Assembly: GCA_964565225.1 (NCBI GenBank)
Contig: CAZMEL010000007.1
Location: 439-64,438, forward strand
Length of the DNA stretch: 64,000 nt
DNA from: an uncultured Thermoanaerobaculia bacterium
GTDB lineage: Bacteria; Acidobacteriota; Thermoanaerobaculia; Multivoradales; J023
Reading direction: 5' to 3'
How positions within the stretch are numbered: the stretch's first letter is position 1; every line of letters starts with the position of its first letter. A model generated the notes under the pieces. That model was given only the letters and a program-made list of their open reading frames with translations. It was not told the DNA's origin and searched no databases. This document shows positions 10,550-20,276 of the stretch, piece by piece. Made by a program: the position numbers and the translations under genes.

Positions 10550-11524
10550 CTACTCCTTCTCGAGCTCGTTCTTCTCCGCCTCCCGCTCTCGCTCGGCCAT
10601 TTCCGCCGCTCGTGCTTTTTCGGCTCGCTCGCGCTCGAGCGCTCGGGCCTCGGCCACGCGCTCCCGTTCCGCCATCCGGCGCTCCATGGCTCCTCTTCGA
10701 GCCTCTTCCGCGACCCGGGCCCTTTCCTCGACCATTCGGGCCCGCTCCGCCACCTCGATCTCCCTCTCGACCCGGCGACGCTCGACCTCCAGGTGCGACA
10801 TCTCTTTCTCGAGCCGCTGCTCGAGCTCCTTCTCGAGATCCTGCAGACGCTCGTTGACCCTTTCGAGCCGTTCCTCGAGCCCTTCGAGGTCGATTTCCTG
10901 GAGCTCTTTGAAATGTTCTTCCCACTTCACACCTTCGAAGGCACTGCGCACACTCTCGAGGGCTTCTTGCACCACCTCCTGGCTGATCTCGGAGCCCACG
11001 GCCTCGAGCTGGCTCCAATCGACCTCGCTCAGCGCGGAGCCGATATCGAAGGCGCATCGCTCGTCTCCCTGGAGCGTGGCCGCGGCCTGGCGCCTGGAGC
11101 CGTCTCGCCAGTACTCGATCTCGGCAGTATCTCCCTTCTCCTTGTTGCGGACAGCACGACCGAGATCACCGGTGCTGGCGATGTTGTGGCTACCCACCCG
11201 GGTGACGATATCGCCCACCTCGAGGCCGGCAGAGGCGGCGGCGCTGCCTTCGATCACCTTGCCCACCAGGACCCCCGAGTCTTCCGGCACCCCGAAATGA
11301 GACCGCAGCTCGGGTGTCAGCCGCGACGCCTCGATCCCCAGGAAGCCACGATTCGAAAGGCCGAGCCAGTGCACGTTCTCGCCGTCGCCGAGGACGATCT
11401 CGGGGCAGGCGACCTCGCGGATCACCACTCGCGCTCCTTCCTCGTCTTCGGCCAGGAGGGTTCCGGTCAGGCAGAGGGACAGGTAGATACCGAGCCACGC
11501 GGCTCTCGTCTTGGGTGTTCTCAT
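10550..11524 (-). CDS. Secreted PDZ-domain protein with coiled-coil, E/R-rich tail; no protease domain
   Basis: Signal peptide; PDZ signature GFLGI..GVLVGKVIEGSAAASAGLEVGDIV; charged helical C-terminus. Confidence 0.8.
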   Translation of the reverse strand: MRTPKTRAAWLGIYLSLCLTGTLLAEDEEGARVVIREVACPEIVLGDGENVHWLGLSNRGFLGIEASRLTPELRSHFGVPEDSGVLVGKVIEGSAAASAGLEVGDIVTRVGSHNIASTGDLGRAVRNKEKGDTAEIEYWRDGSRRQAAATLQGDERCAFDIGSALSEVDWSQLEAVGSEISQEVVQEALESVRSAFEGVKWEEHFKELQEIDLEGLEERLERVNERLQDLEKELEQRLEKEMSHLEVERRRVEREIEVAERARMVEERARVAEEARRGAMERRMAERERVAEARALERERAEKARAAEMAEREREAEKNELEKE

Positions 11525-11551
11525 CGGATTCCTCGCTTTCGAGAGGTTGGT

Positions 11552-12046
11552 TCAATAGATCTGTCGAGCTTCGGTTCGCCGCAGGAGCAGCTCTTTCAGG
11601 ACCCGCTGGGAGCCTTCGGTGCTCAGCGCCTCACCGGAGACCTCACCTTCTTCGGTCCGCAGAGCCGGGCCCCGGGCCGGCCGCACCGCCGGCAGGCGGC
11701 TCAGATCGACCATCAGGTCCACCTCGCTGTCCCCTCCCAGGACCACCACCGGCCGCGCGGAGACGGCCAGGCGCCGAAGTCTCCGGACCTCGTTCTGCAG
11801 CGCCTCGTACTCGGCCTGCAGGGCCGCGAAACGCTCGACCTCCTGCTGGTGCTCTCGGCGGTACCAGGCCTCGCGCCCACCGACCAGAAGGGCCAGGAGG
11901 ATCGCTGCGGCCGTCGCCAGCCGCCAGGCACGTGCCCGGGCTCTCGGCCTCTCGGCGATCCGGCCGAGCACTGCGGCGGTGAAGTCGGCGCTCACTTCCT
12001 GCCGCGGGAGTGAAGCCAGCGCTCGTTGCAGCTCTTCCTCTCGCAC
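11552..12046 (-). CDS. Putative membrane anti-sigma factor
   Basis: GTG start 2 nt after the ECF stop; short N-domain (LASLPRQEVSADFTAAVL), one TM helix, coiled coil. Confidence 0.75.
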   Translation of the reverse strand: MREEELQRALASLPRQEVSADFTAAVLGRIAERPRARARAWRLATAAAILLALLVGGREAWYRREHQQEVERFAALQAEYEALQNEVRRLRRLAVSARPVVVLGGDSEVDLMVDLSRLPAVRPARGPALRTEEGEVSGEALSTEGSQRVLKELLLRRTEARQIY

Positions 12047-12048
12047 AG

Positions 12049-12630
12049 CTAGTCTCCTCCGTTCCAGTAGGGGGCCAGGCGTTCCTTCAGCAGCTGCCGG
12101 CCACGGTGCAGCCGCGACTTCACCGTGCCTTCCTGGCAGTCCAGGGTCTCGGCGATTTCCTGATACGAGCAACCTTCGATCTCCCGCAGCACCAGGGGCG
12201 CGCGATAGAGAAGATCCAGCGAAGCCAGCGCACGGGTGACCTGCTGCTGCTCCTCGCTGGCCAGCAGCTCTTCTTCCTGGTCGTTCGCGGGTGAGCCGGC
12301 CACGACCCGGGTAAACGGCGAGATCGCTCCCGCGGTGAGCACCGGCCGCAGGCTCCGCCATCTCTTCTTGCGCCGCTCCTCGCTGCGCACCAGGTTGGTG
12401 GCGATCCGCAGGAGGTAGGCCGTGAGGGTCCCTTCGTCGCGGTAGCGATCGAGGGTCTGGTAGAACCGCACGAAGGTCTCCTGGGCGATTTCCTCGGCCC
12501 GATCCCGCGATCCCGTCATCCGGGCCAGGTAGTTCACCACCAGATCCTTGTGGCGGTCGACCAGGAGCCCGAAGGCTTCGGTGTCGTTGCTCCGGGAGCG
12601 TCGTAGTAGGTCGGTCGTGCTCGAATCCAT
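12049..12630 (-). CDS. ECF sigma-70 factor (SigE/SigW-like)
   Basis: Region 2 AEEIAQETF..YLLRIATN; region 4 YQEIAETLDCQEGTVKSRLHRGR. Confidence 0.93.
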   Translation of the reverse strand: MDSSTTDLLRRSRSNDTEAFGLLVDRHKDLVVNYLARMTGSRDRAEEIAQETFVRFYQTLDRYRDEGTLTAYLLRIATNLVRSEERRKKRWRSLRPVLTAGAISPFTRVVAGSPANDQEEELLASEEQQQVTRALASLDLLYRAPLVLREIEGCSYQEIAETLDCQEGTVKSRLHRGRQLLKERLAPYWNGGD

Positions 12631-12650
12631 CGCCTGTCTCCGTCCACCAT

Positions 12651-12675
12651 AACGCCCGTTGCCGCGAAAGGTTCC
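12651..12675 (-). promoter_or_regulatory. Candidate autoregulatory ECF promoter GGAAC-N16-CGTT
   Basis: Exact GGAAC (12675-12671) and CGTT (12654-12651) with a 16-nt spacer, 21 nt upstream of the ECF start. Confidence 0.6.
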
Positions 12676-12828
12676 CGGGAATCCTGCTTTCGCCCGGATC
12701 ACCCCTTGGACGACGCCCGGAAACCTGCCAGGATAGTCGTTCTCCGGTCGCCCGAGCGCCGGCCTTCATCTCTCCCGGATCGCGGAACCCGGTCCTTTCG
12801 AAGCCCATTTCTCAGGAGATTGCTGTTC

Positions 12829-15198
12829 ATGGCCACGGCTGTTGCCCTCGAAGAACGTTTCGTCCGTCAGATCGCCCAGGAAGTCGGCTGCAGGCCCCAG
12901 CAGGTCGCCGCGGCCTCGGATCTCTTCGCAGAAAAGGCCACCGTGCCCTTCGTGGCCCGCTACCGCAAAGAAGCCACCGGAGGGCTGATCGACGAGCAGC
13001 TGGAAACCATCTTCAAGCGCAGGGAGTACTTCCTGGAGCTGAGCGAGCGGCGCGACGCGATCCTCGCCTCCATCGAAGAGCAGGGCAAGCTCACCGACGA
13101 GCTGGAGAAGGCCATTCGCTCCACGATCAGCAAACAGGAGCTCGAAGACCTCTACCTGCCCTACAAGCCCAAGCGCAGGACCCGCGCCCAGATCGCCCGG
13201 GAGAAAGGGCTCGAGCCGCTGGCCGAACGGATTCTCGAGGTTGCCGGCACCTCCCAGAGCCCCGAGGCGCTCGCCGAGGGTTTCGTCGACGCGGAAAAGG
13301 AAGTGCCCGATACCGAAGCCGCCCTGGCCGGAGCGCGCGACATCCTCGCCGAGCAGGCGGCCGAAAACGCCCAGAACCGTGCTCACCTGCGCCAGACCCT
13401 GCACCGCCAAGGCGAGCTGAAGGTGCGAGCCCTGAGCGGCAAGGAAACCGAAGGCAAGGTCTACAAGGACTACTTCGACCACAACGAGCCGGCGCAGTCG
13501 ATTCCCTCGCACCGCCTGCTGGCGATCCTGCGCGGCGAACGGGAAGGATTCCTGCTCTCGGATCTCGCCATCGACGACGAGCAGGCGGCCGACGATCTCG
13601 CCCGCTCCTTCGAGCTGCCCCTCGATACCCCCTGCGGACGCCAGATCGCGGCGGCGGCGGCCGATGGCTACAAACGCCTCCTGCGGCCCTCGATCACCAA
13701 CGAGGTCCGCAATCAGCTGCGGGAGCGGGCGGAGCAGGAAGCGATCACCGTGTTTCGCGCCAATCTCGAGGCCCTGCTGCTGCAGTCGCCGCTCGGCCAG
13801 GTCTCGGTGATGGGGCTCGATCCCGGCTACCGCACGGGCTGCAAGCTCGCCGTGGTCGACAACATCGGCCGGGTGGTGGCCACCCGCGTGATCTACCCTG
13901 TGGCCGAAGCCACCAGCCAGGCGAAGATCGAAGAAGCCGCGAGCACCCTGTCCGAGCTGATCCGCAAACACGGCATCCACGCCGTGGCCATCGGCAACGG
14001 CACCGGCAGCCGCGAGACCGAGATCTTCACTCGCCGGGTGGTTCGAGACGCCGGGATGGAGAAGGTGATCGTCGCCATCGTGCCCGAGACCGGGGCCTCC
14101 GTGTACTCCGCCTCGGCCGCCGCCCGCGAGGAGCTTCCCGATCTCGACGTCGCCCTGCGCGGCGCGGTCTCCATCGCTCGCCGGCTGCAGGATCCCCTGG
14201 CGGAGCTGGTCAAGATCGATCCCAAGTCCCTCGGCGTCGGCCAGTACCAGCACGATGTGGATCAGAAATCTCTCTCCACCGAGCTCGACACCGCGGTGGA
14301 AGGAGCGGTGAACCGGGTCGGCGTGGAGCTCAACACGGCCTCCCCGGCTTTGTTGCGCCGGGTCTCCGGCCTCTCGGAGCGCCTCGCCCGCAACATCGTC
14401 CGGCATCGCGACGCCGAGGGGCCCTACTCCAATCGCGACGGGCTGCTCCGGGTCACCGGCTTCGGGCCCAAGACCTTCGAGCTCGCCGCGGGATTTCTGC
14501 GCATCGCCGGTGGCGATCACCCCCTCGACCGCACGGCCGTGCACCCCGAGCGGTACCCGGTGGTGCAACGCATGGCCGAGAGCCTCGGGGTCGAGCTGGA
14601 GAAGCTGGTGGGCAACCCCAACCTGGTGGCCAACGTCGAATTCGACCAGTTTCTCGACAGCGACGAAGGCGTCGGCCGCTTCACCCTCGGCGATATTCGC
14701 GAGGAGCTGGAGAAACCCGGGCGCGACCCGCGGCCCCAGTTCGAGGTTCCCGAGTGGCGCGACGACGTGCAGAGCTTCGAAGACGTGCAGGTCGGAATGG
14801 TGCTCGAAGGGCGGGTCTCCAACGTCACCAACTTCGGCGCGTTCGTCGATATCGGCGTCAAACGGGACGGCCTCGTGCACCTCTCCGAGCTGTCGGATCG
14901 CTGGATCGAAGACCCGCGGCAGGCGGTGCAGGTGGGTAAGATCGTCAAGGTCAAGGTGATCGAAATCGACCGCGAACGCCAGCGCATCGGCCTTTCGATC
15001 CGCCAGCTGACGGCCGCACCGTCGAGCGAGCCGCGGCGGCCCGCAGGAAGACGAGCCGGCGGCGACCGACCAGCGGACGGGCGACCGGCCGGCGGACGCA
15101 AGGCCGCTCCGGCCAACCGCCGCCAGCAGCCGTCGAAGCCTGCGACCCTGGAGGATCTGCGGCAGAAGTTCAGTCGCCGCCTGCCGCCGAAGCTCTGA
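12829..15198 (+). CDS. tex: Tex-family RNA-binding transcriptional accessory protein (YqgF, HhH, S1)
   Basis: TVPFVARYRKEATG, GLDPGYRTGCK, IDPKSLGVGQYQHDV, and C-terminal S1 domain (NVTNFGAFVDIG). Confidence 0.95.
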   Translation: MATAVALEERFVRQIAQEVGCRPQQVAAASDLFAEKATVPFVARYRKEATGGLIDEQLETIFKRREYFLELSERRDAILASIEEQGKLTDELEKAIRSTISKQELEDLYLPYKPKRRTRAQIAREKGLEPLAERILEVAGTSQSPEALAEGFVDAEKEVPDTEAALAGARDILAEQAAENAQNRAHLRQTLHRQGELKVRALSGKETEGKVYKDYFDHNEPAQSIPSHRLLAILRGEREGFLLSDLAIDDEQAADDLARSFELPLDTPCGRQIAAAAADGYKRLLRPSITNEVRNQLRERAEQEAITVFRANLEALLLQSPLGQVSVMGLDPGYRTGCKLAVVDNIGRVVATRVIYPVAEATSQAKIEEAASTLSELIRKHGIHAVAIGNGTGSRETEIFTRRVVRDAGMEKVIVAIVPETGASVYSASAAAREELPDLDVALRGAVSIARRLQDPLAELVKIDPKSLGVGQYQHDVDQKSLSTELDTAVEGAVNRVGVELNTASPALLRRVSGLSERLARNIVRHRDAEGPYSNRDGLLRVTGFGPKTFELAAGFLRIAGGDHPLDRTAVHPERYPVVQRMAESLGVELEKLVGNPNLVANVEFDQFLDSDEGVGRFTLGDIREELEKPGRDPRPQFEVPEWRDDVQSFEDVQVGMVLEGRVSNVTNFGAFVDIGVKRDGLVHLSELSDRWIEDPRQAVQVGKIVKVKVIEIDRERQRIGLSIRQLTAAPSSEPRRPAGRRAGGDRPADGRPAGGRKAAPANRRQQPSKPATLEDLRQKFSRRLPPKL

Positions 15199-15218
15199 CC
15201 AGAACACCGGGAGGCTCC

Positions 15219-16760
15219 ATGGCCCGCTCGCGCCGCATTCGAACGCTCTGCTCGGGGCTCCTCGCCCTGGCGGGCCTGCTCTGGCCTCCTTCGACCCTGG
15301 CCGGAGGGCAGATTCTGCACGAAGACGATCTGGAGACCGAGAGTCTCGAGATCGAGCTCTACTCCGCCGAGGTGAAGATCTACTTCGAAACCTCCGCGGC
15401 GGGGTATCTCCAGGTCACCGCCCCCGACGAGACGACTCGGGTCCGAGCCCCCGTCGACTGGCAGGCGCAGGGCGCCCATGGTGTGCTCCGACGCCTGCCG
15501 ATTCCCGAGACGAGCTCCGGCGATGCGACGCGACCCCAGGATCTGACGGTCGATCTCATTCTGCCGCCGGAGACCCGGATCAAGCTCTCGGGGCAGGATC
15601 TTCGGGTCACGATCGAACGGGTAGATCCCGAGCCGGTAGACGACTTTGGAGAATCCGCTGCCGGCCTCGAGCTCGACGAAGACACCACCTCTGCCAGACC
15701 CAATCCTCTCTCCATGCCCCAGCCCGTGGAGCCGCTCGAGCACGCCCTCGAGATCGATGTCGAAGGTTCTTCGGTCGACCTCTGGGGCCTGGGGCAACTC
15801 TCGCTCACGGCTCGCCAGAGCGAAGTGCGACTCGAGGGGATCCACGGCACGGCTCACCTCGATCTGTACGACTCGAGCGGCGAGATCCAATCTCACCACG
15901 GAGACCTGAGGCTGACCGGCGAGGGCTCGAATCTCGATCTCCTCGCTGCCGATGGAGGCGTCCAGATCCAGTGGGTTTCCGGAGATCTGGTGATCCAAGA
16001 GGGGAGCGGCCCCTTGGGCGGTCAGGTTCGCAATGCGTTGGTACGGATCGAACGGCGCCATGGCCCGGTGACCTTGAAAGGTGCGAATTCCACCCTCTCC
16101 TGCCGGGAGTCCCAGGACCCTTCCGGTGCCTTCGATCTCCAGGGTGAAGATCTCGTAGTCGTTCTCGACGACTGGAAAGGAGGGGTCGCCGCTCGCTTGA
16201 TCCGTGGCTCTCTGCGGGGCAATGGATGGCGCGGCAAAGGCAATCTGAGCCTGGCCGGTGGCGCCAGTCTCGATGTCCGGGATCTCCGAGGAGAATACTC
16301 TCTGCGCATCCAGAGCGACTCGGAGGGCCGGATCGGGGAGGTTCTCGGCCAGTTGAAGGCCGTGGTCCAACAATCCAGCTTGCAGATCGAAGAGGTCGAG
16401 CGCCTCGACCTCTCGGCGCGCGACGCCCAGGTCACGGTATCCGGCATCGAGCGGCTCTTGAAATTCTCGGCCAGCCAGTCGACTCTCGATCTCGACTTCT
16501 CGGCGACCCGTGATCGCCGACCCAAGATCGAGCTCCTGGGGGAGAACGAGGTCGAGGTTCTCCTGGCCTCGCCCTGTATCGTGGAGCTGACCAGCGGCCG
16601 GGCGGTGGATGATTCCGGCATCGATATCTCCGGCTGCGAGCTGATGCGCCAGGGCACCGGTCGGCGGCGCAATGCCCCTTTGCGGGTCGACGGGCAGCCC
16701 ATGACCCACCTCCTGGTCACCACGAGCCCGGAGACCAGCCTGCGGGTCGAGGGACGCTGA
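15219..16760 (+). CDS. Secreted hypothetical protein with beta-strand repeats (DUF4097/adhesin-like)
   Basis: Signal peptide; repeated short G-x-hydrophobic beta motifs; codon-plausible ORF filling the gap between tex and vapBC. Confidence 0.6.
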   Translation: MARSRRIRTLCSGLLALAGLLWPPSTLAGGQILHEDDLETESLEIELYSAEVKIYFETSAAGYLQVTAPDETTRVRAPVDWQAQGAHGVLRRLPIPETSSGDATRPQDLTVDLILPPETRIKLSGQDLRVTIERVDPEPVDDFGESAAGLELDEDTTSARPNPLSMPQPVEPLEHALEIDVEGSSVDLWGLGQLSLTARQSEVRLEGIHGTAHLDLYDSSGEIQSHHGDLRLTGEGSNLDLLAADGGVQIQWVSGDLVIQEGSGPLGGQVRNALVRIERRHGPVTLKGANSTLSCRESQDPSGAFDLQGEDLVVVLDDWKGGVAARLIRGSLRGNGWRGKGNLSLAGGASLDVRDLRGEYSLRIQSDSEGRIGEVLGQLKAVVQQSSLQIEEVERLDLSARDAQVTVSGIERLLKFSASQSTLDLDFSATRDRRPKIELLGENEVEVLLASPCIVELTSGRAVDDSGIDISGCELMRQGTGRRRNAPLRVDGQPMTHLLVTTSPETSLRVEGR

Positions 16761-16765
16761 AGTGC

Positions 16766-16800
16766 TTGACAGGACCCGGTAGAAGCATCATGATGCTTCT
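16766..16800 (+). promoter_or_regulatory. vapBC promoter TTGACA-N17-CATGAT overlapped by a perfect 20-bp palindrome (putative VapB operator)
   Basis: TTGACA 16766-16771, CATGAT 16789-16794, AGAAGCATCATGATGCTTCT 16781-16800; an extra GCATCA half-site lies just downstream. Confidence 0.75.
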
Positions 16801-16863
16801 GTGAACGCATCACGGTGTGGATTTTGAGGAAACCGGCACGATGGAGATTGCGAGGAGGCCGAT

Positions 16864-17112
16864 ATGTCCCGCACAACCCTGACTCTCGACGACGACGTCG
16901 CCGGGCGCCTCAAGGAAGAAATGCAGAAGAGTGGAGCGTCCTTCAAAGAGACCGTGAACCAGTTGCTCCGCCTGGGGCTCGATGCGAGCCGCCAGCCCCG
17001 GATGCCTCGGCGATTCGAGGTTCGTCCCCGTGACCTGAAGCCTCGCCCCGGTATTTCCTACGACAACGTCGAGGAGCTCCTCGAGCGGACCGAAGACCCG
17101 ACGTATCGATGA
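16864..17112 (+). CDS. vapB: VapB-like antitoxin (ribbon-helix-helix)
   Basis: RTTLTLDDDV beta-strand plus helices; ATGA overlap with the PIN gene. Confidence 0.85.
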   Translation: MSRTTLTLDDDVAGRLKEEMQKSGASFKETVNQLLRLGLDASRQPRMPRRFEVRPRDLKPRPGISYDNVEELLERTEDPTYR

Positions 17113-17570
17113 TCCTGATCGATGCCAATCTCCTGATCTACGCCTACGAAAGCTCCAGCCTGCAGCATCCCAAGGCGAAACGCTGGCTCGAGGAGAGGCT
17201 CTCGCAGCCGGAGCCGGTCCGGCTCGCCTGGAGCTCGATCCTCGCTTTCCTGCGGATCACCACCCATTCGCGGATCTTCGCCCAGCCGTTTTCCCTGGAA
17301 GAAGCTCAGGAGATCGTCGACTCCTGGCTGACCCAACCCCAGGTCGAGATCCTGACCCCCGGCCCACGGCACTGGAGCATTCTTCGTACTCTGCTCGCCT
17401 CGGCCCAGGCCCGAGGCCCGCTGGTGCCGGACACGCACCTCGCGGCCCTGGCCGTGGAGTACGGTGCCACCGTCTGCTCGACCGACCGCGACTTCGCCCG
17501 CTTCGAGCGCCTGCGCTGGGAGAATCCGCTGGAAACACCGCAACCCGGTTGGGTGCACGAGAGCCGATGA
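17109..17570 (+). CDS. vapC: VapC PIN-domain ribonuclease toxin
   Basis: ILIDANLLIYA, PDTHLAALA and STDRDF acidic PIN residues. Confidence 0.92.
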   Translation: MILIDANLLIYAYESSSLQHPKAKRWLEERLSQPEPVRLAWSSILAFLRITTHSRIFAQPFSLEEAQEIVDSWLTQPQVEILTPGPRHWSILRTLLASAQARGPLVPDTHLAALAVEYGATVCSTDRDFARFERLRWENPLETPQPGWVHESR

Positions 17571-17998
17571 GCACGGGCCAGTGGCTGCGGTGGGCCTGGG
17601 CCGGACCGACCTCGGCCCTGGGCCTGGTGGTCGGGCTCGGCGCTCTTTGTACCGGCGGTAGAGTCCGGCGCCAGGGTCACACTCTCGAGTTCTGGGGTGG
17701 CCTCTGCTCCGGCCTTCTCTCCCTCGGTCCCGTCCGCGCCTCGGCCATGACCCTCGGCCATGTGATTCTCGGGCGCAGCGGAGGGGACCTCGATCGCTGC
17801 CGGCTCCACGAGCGGGTCCACGTCGACCAGGCCGAACGCTGGGGCCCTTTCTTCCTGCCGGCTTACCTGCTCGCCAGCCTGTGGGCCCACCTCCAGGGCC
17901 GCCATTTCTACCGCGACAACCCCTTCGAAGAAGAGGCCTACCGTCTCGCACCGGTCTCCGGCGTGGCCTCGCTACGTCGCGAAGAACGGGACCGCTGA
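17567..17998 (+). CDS. Small membrane-associated HExxH (zincin-like) protein
   Basis: ATGA overlap with vapC; AMTLGHVIL, HERVH and DNPFEEEAY motifs. Confidence 0.65.
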   Translation: MSTGQWLRWAWAGPTSALGLVVGLGALCTGGRVRRQGHTLEFWGGLCSGLLSLGPVRASAMTLGHVILGRSGGDLDRCRLHERVHVDQAERWGPFFLPAYLLASLWAHLQGRHFYRDNPFEEEAYRLAPVSGVASLRREERDR

Positions 17999-18023
17999 CG
18001 GCCCTGGCCGCCCGGGTCGTGAG

Positions 18024-20276
18024 TCAGAGCCCGGAGCCGCGCTCCCGGATCTCCGCCGCCCGGCCGGCGAGGTCCACCAGCTCCGCTACGTCGCGATCGC
18101 CGGCAAAGGAGCCGGACAACACCTGCAGGCGGCGAAAGACGTCGCCCAGGTCGCCATCGCGAGCCCAGTAGCTCTGGCGCAGGATTTCTCCCAGCTCCGC
18201 TACCAGCGAGGCCAGTCGCAGAGCCGGTGACGCCGACTCCCAGGTCGCGGCGAGATGCCTTCCCCGGAGCTGCCGGCTCAGCTCGACCGTCCGTCCCTCT
18301 TCGGTCGAGCGGTACCGGGCTCGCAAGGTGGCCAGGAGCTCGGAAGGAGCCACGGGCCTCTCGAGCTTGATCTCGTAGAGCACGGTCACCGCATGGCCGG
18401 CCCCCACCTCTCCGGCGTCGACCGTCTCGTCGCGAAAGCGCTCGTCGGCAATCTCCCGATTCTCGTATCCGATGAGCCGGTACAGCGCCACCGTCCGTGG
18501 ATTCCATTGCACCTGGGCCCGTGCTTCGGCAGCGATCGTCTCCAGGGTGCCGCTCAACCTCTCGACGAAGACTCGATAAGCCTCGTCGAGGGAGTCCACA
18601 TAGCTGTACCGGCCGTCTCCCTGGTTGGCGAGCTGCTCCATCAGCTCGTCGTTGAAGCTCTCGAGGCCAAACCCCACGGTGCTCAGCTCGATCCCCTCGT
18701 CGGCTTCCCGACGCGCTCGCTCCAGAAGGCCCTGGGCCGTGGTCCGGCCGCGATTGGCCAGTCCATCGGAGCAGAGGAGGATCCGGCTGGGCTCGTGGGG
18801 CCGGCGAAACCGGCGGGCCAGCTCGTAGGCGAGGGCAAGGCCGTCTTCCAGGTGGGTCGAGCCCTCGGCCTGCAGACCACGGATCGCCTGGAGCAGGCGG
18901 TGCCGATCGGAGGTCGGCTCGAGCAGCACCCGACCTCTCGACCCATACGTCACGAGAGCCACCCGATCACCTTCCTGCAGCCTTTCGACCAACGCCTCCA
19001 GGCTCCTGCGGACCCAGTCCAGGCGGCCGGGTCGAGCCATGGAGCCCGAGGTGTCGACCAGGAAGGTCAGCAGGGCCGGCCGGCGGTCGGCGAGCTCGAT
19101 CTCTCGCCCGGTCAGGGCGAAGCGCACCAGGTAGTACCGGGAGCCGGAGGCATACAAGGAAGGAGCCCCCTCACCGACCAGGGAAAAATCCTCCTCCTCG
19201 GGGCCGGGATCTCCGTAGTCGAAGTAGTTGATCATCTCTTCGGTCCGCACGGCGTCGCGATCCGGGAGCCGGCCGGCGCGGAGGAATCTCCGAACTGCCG
19301 CGTAGGAGCCCGTATCGACATCGAGACCGAAGGTCGAGAGCGGGTCGTCTTCGGGGTCGAGGAAGGGACTGGCTTCCTGGCGACCCGTGATCCAGCGCGG
19401 CCCTGGGTCGGGAATCGGAGGAGGCGGAGGTGGGGGCATCGGCGCGTGGATAGCGGCGGCTTCTTCTTCCAGCCTCCGCGAGCGACTGCCGAACCTCTCT
19501 GCATCCATGGGGATCGGCTCCGCTGGAGGCGTGGCCTGCAGGGACACCATCGGCGGAGGTGCGGGGGGATCGGGAGCCGCGCTCCGGCGCTGTCTCGTCG
19601 GCTCGCTCTCTCGAGTGAAGGAGCGTTCGTCTCGTTGCTTCGCCGCGGCTGGAGAGTCCTGGAAACCGGGCCGAGGTGCTTCCTCGGATTCGATCGAGAG
19701 GCTCGATCCCAGGGCTCGAGCCGGAGGATCTCTGGGATTCGGGAGAGCCTCTTCGATCGGCTCCGAGGCCGGAGCCTCCGCATTCGTGCCACTCCCCCGG
19801 GCCGTGGGCCGCTCCGGCGCCGACGCTGCTGGTGCCGGCAGCGTTTCCCGGAATGGCTCCGGTGGAGAGGTGTCCGGAGGCTCCGAACGAGACCGCTCGC
19901 CGCTGGTCTCGACCGGGTCGGGTGCGACGGCCATCGGTGCCGTCGACGTGGCCGGAGCCTCACCGGCCGGCGATTCCGCCACCCGGGGCGGTGCCGGGGC
20001 ATCGGAGGTCTCGATGGTCTGCGGCGGCGTGCCGGGTACCTCTTCCTGCTGCAGCCGGGTCGTGAGCAACACACCTGCAACGAGCACGAAGAGGATGGCG
20101 GCGATTCGCTGCCATTGCCACCCGGTGTCGGGGCTCGTCGTTTCCGGTCCTGCCGGAGCCACAGCCACCGTCTCGGGAATTTCCGCCTTGATCCGTTCGG
20201 CGAGATCCCGGGGCGCCTCGACCCGCGGAGGATTCTCGAGGTCTTCCAACAGGTTACGCTCTGGGCTCGGTTTCAT
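18024..20276 (-). CDS. Anti-sigma-like N-terminus, TM helix, Pro-rich linker and YfbK-type vWA (vWF_A, MIDAS, DUF3520)
   Basis: ATGA overlap with the ECF stop; TFGLDVDTGSY..EEMINYFDY, MIDAS DTSGS, YRLIGYENR..DAGEVGAGH. Confidence 0.85.
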   Translation of the reverse strand: MKPSPERNLLEDLENPPRVEAPRDLAERIKAEIPETVAVAPAGPETTSPDTGWQWQRIAAILFVLVAGVLLTTRLQQEEVPGTPPQTIETSDAPAPPRVAESPAGEAPATSTAPMAVAPDPVETSGERSRSEPPDTSPPEPFRETLPAPAASAPERPTARGSGTNAEAPASEPIEEALPNPRDPPARALGSSLSIESEEAPRPGFQDSPAAAKQRDERSFTRESEPTRQRRSAAPDPPAPPPMVSLQATPPAEPIPMDAERFGSRSRRLEEEAAAIHAPMPPPPPPPIPDPGPRWITGRQEASPFLDPEDDPLSTFGLDVDTGSYAAVRRFLRAGRLPDRDAVRTEEMINYFDYGDPGPEEEDFSLVGEGAPSLYASGSRYYLVRFALTGREIELADRRPALLTFLVDTSGSMARPGRLDWVRRSLEALVERLQEGDRVALVTYGSRGRVLLEPTSDRHRLLQAIRGLQAEGSTHLEDGLALAYELARRFRRPHEPSRILLCSDGLANRGRTTAQGLLERARREADEGIELSTVGFGLESFNDELMEQLANQGDGRYSYVDSLDEAYRVFVERLSGTLETIAAEARAQVQWNPRTVALYRLIGYENREIADERFRDETVDAGEVGAGHAVTVLYEIKLERPVAPSELLATLRARYRSTEEGRTVELSRQLRGRHLAATWESASPALRLASLVAELGEILRQSYWARDGDLGDVFRRLQVLSGSFAGDRDVAELVDLAGRAAEIRERGSGL

